DNA of 64,000 nucleotides from Trichoplax adhaerens (Eukaryota; Animalia; Placozoa): positions 8,766,159 through 8,830,158 of the forward strand of contig NW_002060944.1 in assembly GCF_000150275.1 (NCBI RefSeq), in the 5' to 3' direction. Numbering within the stretch: the first letter of the stretch is position 1; each line of letters starts with the position of its first letter. Shown here one piece after another: positions 23,401 to 35,400 of this stretch. Made by a program: the position numbers and the translations under genes. Below the pieces are notes generated by a model. It saw nothing but the letters and a program-made list of their open reading frames with translations. It was not told where the DNA came from and ran no database searches.

Positions 23401-26400
23401 TTTGATACATATTAAAACTTACTTATGGAAACAATGGAGCTTTGAGCTGTTGCTCCGGTTTGATTATATTTCGCGGTACATCTAAAATCACCGTTGTTGC
23501 TTAATGTTAGGTTACTAAAGAGCAGGACAGATTTGGCTACTGTTTGATCAGCTGATGCTGAGTATGTGATCATAACATTACTTCCAGTAGAAATTGAAGC
23601 TCCATTCTTAGTCCAAGATAGTCCAGATATAGGGCGAGTTGTAGTTTGACAAGTTAGAGCGATATAGGCACCGTAAGTATAAGTAGTAGCGTTGCTTGTT
23701 AAAGACACAGTAGATAATGGGATATCTAAATAGTATAGTACAGTAGTAGATAAATATGTAAATATTGCGATATTTATAATGAGCTAGACCTTTCAATTTT
23801 AGGAGCATTTATACTTTATGTTCAATGAAGAAGCATCAGCCTTATAATTTGGCTTACTTTGTATCTATATTTATATGTTATCTGCAGCAACTTTTAGTAA
23901 TACATTTTTCTAATATAAAAACAGCTAGTAGAGTATAAATACAGACGTTAAGAAAACATACCTGGCAGTCTAGTCTGGCAATAAATACCGGTGTGGTAAG
24001 CATTACAACTAGAATATGTGATAGTAATGACGAAATAATGCGTAAGTTGTAATTTTATTAAAAGAAATTATACAAACTATATTTTTATGTAACTGTTATG
24101 CTATGTTAACCAGTGGATAAAGTTTTTGATAGATTATTAAAGATACACAAGTCTACTAGTAGAATTCATATACATAATATTAGCTATACACTATATTACC
24201 TGCAGATCGGGATCGAACTAACCATATTACATTGACCATTATTATTGCATAGTAGAGATGAACATGAAAGACCTAACATAGATGAGAATATTGTAGTGTT
24301 GGTGATACGTAAAGATTGTGATGGTATATGCATTAGATTTAAAATAGAAACCGTGTGAAGACTTAGCAACATGAGTAATTTATCAAACTAGGCATCGTAA
24401 GCATAGCTTTTTAGTAATGATCGGATCATTCTACATCAATTATGGCTATTATTTTAGCTATAGATTACTGTATTTACTAGATATTTATTAAATTACTGAA
24501 GAATACTGTATGCAGTACGAGTTTAAATGGAAATAAACTGAACAACATGATTGAGATTCTTGTACTACATTGTAAATTTATCGATAGTCTATATTATAAG
24601 CTATTATATTAATTTTCATAATAATTTGATAACGTTTATGATATAAATTTACGTAGATGATATTTTATTTTTAGGATTGAAGGCTTATAAAATTTAACAC
24701 TTAACTATGTGTAATTTCATGATAGAACTTACTAATATCAATGGTGTTGCTTTTAACCACTTTGCTCGTCGAAGACTGCCTTGCAGAACAACTGTAAGCT
24801 CCATTATCATTTATAGATTGCACCATGAAATACATAGAGGATCTAGCTTGGTAGTAGTTGTTACCAGGGATGGAAACAATGTTATATTTATTTCCTGAAG
24901 TGACCAGAGCATTATTTACGGTCCAGGTAATGGTAGATAATGGATAAGAGAGAGCTTCACAGTCTAATCCGGCGTATTGGCCAACAGTATAGGTAGTAAG
25001 ATTGGACTTGACAATAACGCTTCTTAGCGGTACAGCTATTCCAAATATCAAAGAAAATATTGGTGTTTTTGGGTAGATTTACACTTAAGTTGAATAAATC
25101 ATAATAATTAACATAGAATAGTACACTATATTTGTTAGATTATTGATTAAAATTTGATATTTTAAAACTGAATCCAATCGATCATAGTTTTGATTATTTA
25201 CTGAAATACGAATACTTACGGGGTAAAGCAGATTCGCAATAGGTTCCAGTATAGCCAGCATTACAGCTACTGTTGATGTTAATGTGAAAATAATATTATT
25301 ATATCTATAGGTAATATTTAATATGGTTTATGCAGTATGTTATAATACCTGCAAGATGGCGCATTGTCGGACATGACACATTGACCTTGGTTGCTGCAAA
25401 ACTGTGGTGAACAGCTAAATTCTGAATAATGAAAAATTTCATATCACAGTTCGTAAAAATTGATATAATAGGTTTGAAAATTTCGTGCATTGCAAAATAA
25501 GCGTCAAACTTTCATAAATATTATCATAAATGAAATTTATATACTGTAAAATATTATTTATGGGTTCAAGTCGTTTCGATATGCTTTGCTTGAGAATTTG
25601 AGGTAAATATAGATTGTGCAGTATTGACGGCTTACATATAAAATCAGTACACCTAAAGTAGCGTATACACCAGTATTCTGTGATTCTAATTAGTTCACAT
25701 CCATGCTTACAATAGATGGTACTTACGAAGGTTGATGAGATTGCTTTTTACTACTTTGCCTGAGGAATCTAAACCACTGCATGAGTAGACACCGTTATCA
25801 CCGCGCTTTAGGCTTTTAAAATAGAGTACCGATTTCGCGATATAACCAGACGTAGTACTTGTCACAAATCCAATGTTGGCATTAGATATGATTTGAACAT
25901 CGTTTTTAGCCCATAAAATACTAGATATGGGATAGGAATAGGCCATACATTGCAGCGATAAATATTGGCCGACAAAATATTGCGTAGCATTGGCTGCCAG
26001 CGTAACTTGAGATAAAGTCATATCTGTTTATACAGGTTACAATATGTTAGAACAGCTAGAGCAATTGCCTAATAATAATTTAGTGAAGTATTGTTTAATC
26101 GAAATGAACTTCGCAAGCTGATCATTTTATTTTATCTAGGCTTGATGTAAAACCATTTAAACCTACGAAATTATAAACTCTTTAGATTTACCTTTGACGC
26201 AGGCATTTCCGTTCCAATATCCAAAATCACATAAGCATGCATAAGTCTTCGTAGGCTTCAATATGTCTAAGCATGTTGCTCCTGAATTGCCACATGGTGA
26301 GCTAAGACAGGCACTGATCTCTAAATTTCGACATTTATTAAAAAGACAATTAAATGAAATTTATTCAAAATTGCTATAAAAATAAAAGTGATGCATTGAA

Positions 26401-29400
26401 GTCATTTTATAGAATATGAATTCAATTAAGATTAAGGTAAGAGAATTAAAGTGTTTGCGTTATTACTGTAGCACTGAAAGAATTCGCATTTACTAACCTG
26501 TCTGGCAGACGTAGCTGTTATTAGTTCGTGATTGTTTAATTGCAGAATGAAGTAATTTAATTTGATTTAGCACAAAAAATATCTTGATTAATTTATAAAG
26601 ATAGCTTGATTTTAATTCTTTAATATTTAAGGCAATATAAGACTGATATCATTGATATCTATTTCTAGTTACTATGGTACGTACTTGGATGGCAGTTGGT
26701 TGGCACCATTGAGGTTGGGGTCTAATGGCTGATCTGTATGTTTAGAGAGAACTTTATAAGTACACGCCGAAAAATTTTAATTCATAATCGAAAATTTCAT
26801 AAAATAATTATTTTCTTATTATGATTTATCAATCACAGTAGTATCAGCAAATTACCAACGCAGAATGCTTGAGCACCCATAGTAGTAGAACATTGACTTA
26901 TATCCCCGGCAAGATTGCTTTGGGTGCAATTGGCGAGATTTGGCTCTTTACCGGTACACCCAATCTTTCCAATGATTGTGGTCATAGAACTATTACCACA
27001 GCATTGGCTACGTAATTGCGTATCGGCAAATCCAAGTTGTCGACATGCTACTTGAGCATCTTGGAATTGCCAGAAGCTATTACAAACTTTACCCCAAGTC
27101 TGGCCATTGTATACTTCGACCAAACCTTGACTATATATTGATGAGCCTGTCAAGCGGATTCCAATGACTGTAGAATCTATGATTGGAAATTTTAAAGAGA
27201 AAATTGTGATTCATCACATCTGAAATTAGAAAGTGGCTATAAGTACCGCCAGATACACTAGGAAAGTAACATGATTACTTAAAATTACAATAAGTTTTAG
27301 GCTAGTTGTTATTTTGAAAGATCTTTTAATGCTTTATCCGTATTGCTATATTTTAGTCTGATAATCTTATTGTCGCTCAATCTTACAAAATAGACAATTA
27401 TATCCGCTATAGCCTTCTGGACACTGGCAAGTATAATATCCGACGTAGTCTTTACAAACGGCTCGTCCACCAGCTACAGATTGGCAAGGGTTGTTGGCGC
27501 ACTCGTTAATATCTACAAGCAATTAAACATGATCATGTAGACGTTATAAAGTAGTCGATATTAAGGACACAACGTATTTTATTTGATGAAAACGTAGCAT
27601 TATCATATATCACTTAATTTTCAGTACGCTCATTTTTATGCAACTTCTAGCACATTATGAGAATATCAAGTATTTATTTTTAATGATCGATTAAATCTTT
27701 GAATTTTACTTTATATTAAGTACCGGTTTGGCAGTCTTTTCCAGTAAAGCCTTTATTACATTGACAAATATATTCATCGTCCTGGCTCATGGCGACACAA
27801 ACACCGCGATTGTTGCAACTTTGTTTATTTGTGTAGCAGTAATGATCTGTTTAAGAACAGAGAAGAAAAGCAGCTTTTTACAACTTAGGATAAGAAAATT
27901 TACTTTCTAAATTACTAAACTATTAAGAAAGGCCATAATAAATGATATTTTATGATTGATTTCGCAACTATTACTGTGGTAAAGATAGATTTATTATAAA
28001 TTGATAAGATGTAGCTTGCATTAATGTGATGTCATGCAGTAACTTTAGTTATTCATAGAGTAATATAAGATAACCCTTATCTGTTGTCATTTCCTATATA
28101 ACTTAAATCGCTTCTATTAGACTTACTGCTACATTTGATGGCCAAGTCCATGTCATGGGTACAATTAGCGAGAGCTGGGACTCGGCGGGTGCAATCACTT
28201 GGAGATGTTTCGTGACCAAAGCATTTTAAGCTATCAAATTGTATTTTTTCTTTGCCTTTTCCATAGATAGGGAATGAATATACGTTGGTCGCATTACCGT
28301 AACCAGCAGCTCTGCATAAGACTGATGCAGTAGTAATATCGACATTATTGTTATTGCATACTGTGCCCCAAGCCCCATTTTGGTAAACTTCGACGAATCC
28401 AGTACCACTAATGATGCTAGTACCACTTATTCGTACAGCTCCATTTGCTACAGGCCCTAATTGACAGTTGAGACCATAATATCCTGGAGGACATTCGCAA
28501 TAGAAAGATTCTGCACCCAGTATGGTATGGCAGGTTGCATTTGGAGCACAAACGCTTGCATTGCACCAATTTCCTTGGCATTCTATGCTAGCAACTTCAA
28601 GATTTCCACAGTTTGCAACTCCCCAAGCACTATGCTTACATAAAGATAATGCTGTTTCAGTGCCTGTGCAGTCAAGATCATCTAGCCAGTATGGGGTCAC
28701 CTTTGAGCCATATTTTGAGCAACAGGCAAAGTCCTTAGCACTCGCAAATCCAAGTTGCCTACAGGCAACGTTTGCATCCTTAAGATCAAATCGGTCATCA
28801 CAAACTGATCCCCATCTACCTTTGAAAAATACTTCAAGATTTCCAGAGTATCGATTTGGTCCACCAAGCAGCCTTAATGGCTCAGTGTCAGATACTGTAA
28901 AAAAAATATTATTTCTTAGCGTGATCATAAACCAACTCCTTTTGATTGAAGATATGTGGCTTTACAATAATTGAAAATTTTAAGATAAGCCATGCTTAAA
29001 TATTACTTACATTGATTGCATAGGCTGCCAATGAATCCGGGTGTACATTTGCAAGTAAAAGCAGATGAAGATAGTTTAACGCATGTGCCATAATGGCAGG
29101 GGGATGAATAGCATGGATTGTCTGGTAGAATTTAGAATTTAACGTAGGTGTAAAAATGCAGTTATAGTTCGTATGTCTAGCATTGAGTTGATGAATGGAA
29201 AGGCCAATGCAAATTACATTCTACCTGTACAACTAAGACCAACAAGATCCGTGTAGTCACAAAATGATGATACTTGCGTTCTTAAGTTGCAATTTAAGAT
29301 TGAAGTTTCATTTCCTGTGCAGGTAATGCCGGCTAATTTCAAAGGAATAGATCAATATTAGATCATATCAACTTATTTTACCTATAAATTGCTCTAATAT

Positions 29401-32400
29401 AGTATAGTAATCCTGCTTATGGACTTTTCAAATGAATAAATTTATTAAACAAAGTTGTAATAATATTCTTGCATATTAACTTACAGTATGGTATACTCCC
29501 GGTTGCTCCACCATAAAAGCTGTTCTTTTTGATTGATATTAATATTGGATAGTTTAATTTTGAACAGATCAGTTTGCCTGCTGCTGTATTGAATGTACCG
29601 AAATCACAGACACTACCCCAAGTTCCGTTCTTATAAATTTGAAGTGTTCCAGAACTAACATCATTATTCCCTTGGGGTGTTGTAAGCCGGACATCACCAT
29701 CGGTTGCTTCTATAATTTTAATGAGACGTAGTAGCGAAATTTCATCAAATGAATCAGGTTAAAAACGTATTAAACAGAAATCACTCGATCATTATATCCG
29801 AATAGCTAAAGCTTTTGTTACTAACTTTCTGAACAATCTTTCCCATGAAATCCCGGAGGACATAGACAGCTAAATCCATAATTCTGGTTTATGCAGGTTG
29901 CTTGTTGGCCGCAAGGATTGGTGGAACATTGAATTTCTATTTGGAGATAGAGAAAGAGAAACAAATAAATGTAAGAAGTAACTAAAGCTAATGCAATCGA
30001 ATCATTTATTATGTTTATAAAGTAAAGCATGCAATAGATTGCTATAGAATCAAGGGAGTTTTACTACATAAAGAATTCCATTGGTATCCTAAATTTTGAC
30101 TGTTTTGATACTAAGTTTTATGACTGTCAAACAATTTTTGCTATAAAGCATGCAGATCAATGATTAGTTCGCTCGCAAGGAGAATAATAAAATAGCAGAA
30201 TCAATTTCGGATTTTTGAAGATACTTGTATTCAAATTATGCTATCCTACTGCAATTGATCCGTTTGAATTAAAGCTAAACTATAGAAAAATTGAAGGTCA
30301 ATCATAATTTCATGATAATTTCACTTATAATTTTCAGATATACGAATATATCTTTATGGGTTAAAGAAACACGCTGATGAGAAATGCACTCATCAATTAT
30401 TTTTGACGAATAATATTTATTAACGCATTACGAATTATTAGTTCTATGAACTACCATGTAAATCAATCTGACCTTTACGCATAGGTGATAATTTTCGCCT
30501 AAAATTACTTATATATTAGTGTAAAACTTACTAGAAGAACACGTTGGTCCGGTATAACCTGCTTGACATACACAAGTATATGCGTCAACGCTTCCATTAA
30601 CTAGCTGGCATGTACCCCTAAAACCGCAGGGACTGCTATCGCAAGCATCGGCTATCATTTTAAGATGGGAAAAATCATTTCCAATATTAATACAGTTAAC
30701 AGATTTAGGCAAGCATACATGCTGTAAACAGAATCAAGATTTGCTTAATATAGCAATGGATTTGTATAAATTATAATGAAGCCAATATAGCTTATATCGC
30801 CTGACTTACTTGTACATTCCAGCATAACTGCACTACTGGATGAACATTGTGCATCATAGGATCCAATTTCACACTGTGTTAAACTTGATTCAGTTCCAAC
30901 GCAATCTACATTTTTTAACCAGTACTTTCCAAAGTGGGAACCACAGCAGTAATACCTTTTATATCCAACAAATCCCAATTGTTTACATGCTACTTTAGCT
31001 TCGACTGTGGTGAAGCCGTCATCACATACTGGTCTCCACTCGTTATTATGAAATAATTGCAGCTCGTATCGAGTAAGGAAGAAGCCGATAAAAACTCGAA
31101 CTAGTTTGACACTGCCATCGGTTACTTTTGATCCGATAAATGAATTAAAACATATTAATTGAAGCTAAATTGAAATAAATGAAATTCAAATTGAAAATGA
31201 GTTACCGAATTGGCAGTATTGGCCAGTATATTGAGGTGGACATTGGCAAAAAAAGTTTAAACTATCTGCTACACATGTCCCACCGTTTTGGCAAGGTTGC
31301 CGTTGACATAAGGATGCTGTGATTTCAAAATCAGAAATTGATTAGCAAATAACATTGATATGATTAATATTTAATTTTCGAAATAAAAATTAGAAAACTG
31401 TGGTGCAGCGCGTTATTATATCTCTTATAGAAGATTACTGCAAAATAGTATAATACGGAAGTAAGTAGCTAAACGTAAATTATTTCTGATAGCTTGGGTC
31501 ATTTGGCAGTGCGAGTACTTACTGCTGCATAAAATGCTGACATCATTCGCATGAGTACAACCACTAGCACTGGTGAGTGTTTTCATATTGCAGGCTCTCA
31601 AACTTATCTCGTTACCAGTGCAACTAGTTGATACGATAGCTGCTGAGCTATTACCTCTACCAAAGTAGGCTTTGGGTAAATATCGAGAAAAGGTCAAATT
31701 TAACTGATTGCAGATGACTTTGCCGTCATTAATTGTAGCTACTTTATCACATAATGTCGCCCAACGGTCACCAACGTATACTTCCACGCGACCTTCAGTA
31801 GCATTAACTCCGTTCTTGAGTTGAACATCGCCTTGCTTAGATGGTCCTAGAAGTTGAAAAATGATAATATTGATTGGTCATTCCATAAAAATAAACTACG
31901 GGCTGTTTATTAAAATCTACTGTATATACTTTTGGATTTGAACCTTCTAACCTATATAATTTTCGCATAACTGGCCCGAATAAAAAGTCGTACATAAACA
32001 TTTGTAACCATAATTCATATTCCTGCAAGTTCCACCATTATAGCATGTTTTTCCATAGCAGTAATTTAAACCTGAACAAGGAAAATAGTGTTTTTATTAA
32101 GTAGATAGATTATTATGAAATAATTTGTGTTAGTATTTGCCTCAGGGTAACAGAAGATGAAACTTATCAGTTGCTACTTAAGATAATGTGTAAACTACCG
32201 AACATGTCCGGTACTTTAAATGTAATTATTAAAGATGAGCTTACTTGTATAGCAGCTAACTCCGACATCATCATCGTGATTGCATATTGATTCGGCATTA
32301 TTAGTATCATATGAACATTCGCTCAACGAGAGCTCAAAACCAGAACATCGAACATTGTATAGACCAATTTTGCCAGTACCAGAATCATAGAAGGAGCCCG

Positions 32401-35400
32401 AGGTAATTGCTCCTGCGTAACCACGCTGTTGGCAGACAACGTCTGCAGCTTGATTAGTGAAGTTCTTTTTACAAACAGTAGTCCAAATGCCTTGCAGGTA
32501 TACTTCAATACGACCTCGACCGAGATTACTTATAGACTCTGGGATAATATTTACATCGCCGGTCTTAGGTGGACCTATTGAATTGCAAGATTTAAATTTA
32601 GCGATAATAAATCAGTGTCGCTGCGGTAGATTCAATTTCTGGCTATTTCTGCTAATAGCATTTCAATTTAATTATATTAATCCATTCTATAGCCATCAGA
32701 AAGTGCTTAGGTAGTGTAATCTACGATAATTAAATTACCTTAGCTCAAAATTATAGCATAAACAGTAGCTTTGCAAGCATTCTATCGTACTAATGGACGA
32801 AATCAGTATTTCTATTCGACATTTTACAATCGGGCCCTCTAAGCTAAGATATACTGTTTAACCGATATTCGTGCACTTAGAATGGAAATTATGACTGCAA
32901 GGACAGTAATTAAATTAAAATAACCTTACCATATTGACATAAATTGCCGTAATATCCACTGGAGCACTGACATTGGTAGTAATTCTTGTCTACTGTACTA
33001 TAGGAATTTACGCATTTGGCACCGTTCATACATGGGCTGCTATCACAGACGGATATGTACTGGCATAAAGGGCCATAAGTACCCGGTTTACATTCACAAT
33101 ATTGAAAGTAGTAGGTCTTGCCATCGACCACCGAAGTATTAAATTTGCAAGTCCCGTTAACACAAGTATTTGGAGAGCATGTTGTATCTAGAGGATTAAA
33201 AAGCGGAAATGCAGTTACAAGCTTGACAATATTCCTATAATACCAAATTAGAAGAGTTAGGTCAACTTACTAGAACATTGCACTTTTGCACGGCTGCTGC
33301 AACTGTAAGCATTTAAACCGTAAGTAAAATTACACTGAGAGAACTTCGTTGCAGTACTATTACATTTCATATTGTAAACCCAAACTTTCTCAAAAGTATT
33401 ACTATCTGTGTAGCAGCATGAATGCTTAGTTGATGTTGCGTAACCAAGTTCTCGACAAATAACATCGGCTTCAAGTTTTGTCATCTGAGAGTAGCAGAAT
33501 GCTCCCCAAATGCCATCATGATAAATCAATGGAGCACCTTCAATAGTATTACTTGTCGTAGTCGATTTAACTAGTTTAACTGTCCCATCTTCTGGCGAAA
33601 CTAAAATTGAAAATATAGTAGAGAATGAAATATCATGCAGGAAAATAATTTTAATGACATCCTATCGGTCTTTCTTATCAGTCTAGTGATACTAAAATAA
33701 GTGCATTGCCTAATATTTAAATGAAAATTGGATAATTGTGATTTTCGTATAGAAGCTGCTGATACATTCAGAATAATAACATAATCAAAGATTATGCTAA
33801 GTCCTCGTTGCTAAAGATAGTAGTCTATTTAATTTTAGAATTGAATAATTGTATATCAATTGATCGATTTTACTTAAACAAAGTCTATAAAGATCTAATC
33901 TTCAATGCTAAACTGCATAAATATCTGGTAATATAATGAATTCACTGGAATATAGCAGCTTTAGGTGAGTTTATATTCGCTTAGAGGTCAAAATTTAGGT
34001 AGTTACCTATTGGTGATTCACACTTGGCACCGGTAAAACCGGATTTGCAGTAGCATAATCCATAGAAACCTTCAGAAGTACAGTACTTGTTTTGGGGTGC
34101 GCAGCTTTGTATTTCGGTAGCATCGCATCGGCTTCCAGCTACAATACAAAATAGAAGTCAAGGGAAATTTGATAATTTGATATACATTCCGTATTTCGGG
34201 GATTTTATAAGGACATTTTCACGAGTTAGTGAAAGAACATACTAAGACACTCGATGGATAAATCTTGAGAATGATCTTGACAGTCTTGTGGAACATTATA
34301 CCAGCCCGCACTATTGCATTCATCAATGGTAAATTCTTTGCCTTCGCAGGTAACTTTATTTACTATCGTTGGGCCATAACCGAAAAATCTGGTTGCAACA
34401 GCTTTTGTTGAGGAGTACGTGCGAAATCCTAATTGTTGACAAACTTGTCTAAACGTTAAGAAACTAGAACTAGAACGACAAATAGTCCCCCATGTCCCTT
34501 GATAGAATACTTGAACAATTCCACCCGTGTTACTTGTACTAGCTAATCGGAGATCTCCATTTTTTGCATTAGCACCTAAATAGGAAGGCGCAAAATGAAA
34601 GTAAAATCAATTCGAAATAACTAAAGTTATACAAGATAGTTTTGTCTTATTTGTGAACAATTCCAAATCTTGCAACTTTACATACCTGAGCAAGCAAGAC
34701 TTAAGTCCCACTGATGAGTGCAACCACCTTGATTAGTAACCGCTACAGCTGGACAGTCTTTAACTGAATTTTCAGTACCAGTACATTTAAGCTGATAGAT
34801 AGTAGCAGTATTACCTTGGCCAAATACCGGCGTTGGGAATGCATTAGCAAATATATAGCCCATTTGTTTGCAAATGACTTTCATATCTTGGATAGAAGAT
34901 TGGTTAAGACAGACTGTAGACCAGTTATTATTTAAATAAACTTCAACACGTCCACTTAATGGGTTACTGCCGTTGACTAATCGAACAGAGCCAGAAGTTG
35001 GAACTGTATAATGTGCCAAATATAGAAGAAGAATATGAATCCAATTTATTACAATCATCTTATATTTTTATTAAACTACAAATGACCTTTCAATTATGAT
35101 AACTACGGTAAATGCGGGTTAGAATATCAGATAAAATTGCGTTTCTTACATGTGTTTACGATTCATTAACAGTATAAACACATATACTACAGTCATAAAG
35201 TCGAGAAGTGAAAGTAAAAGGCTTAAATTAACTTTCATGTTCACAAATTTAAGATAATATCGTCAAGTTGAATACGTACATGTCGCATCTTGACAATTTT
35301 GGCCTGTAAATTGACCGCTACATTTACAAGAATACCCGTAAAATTTGTTGGAGCAGGTGCCACCATTCGTGCATGGATTTGACGAACAAGAATTATTAGC

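Noticed and set aside
28522-28974. 150-aa plus-strand ORF (and similar ones at 3746, 4731, 6169, 24707, 32457, 59869)
   Set aside because: Antisense shadows of minus-strand SRCR, EGF or Ig exons, with no domain signature of their own
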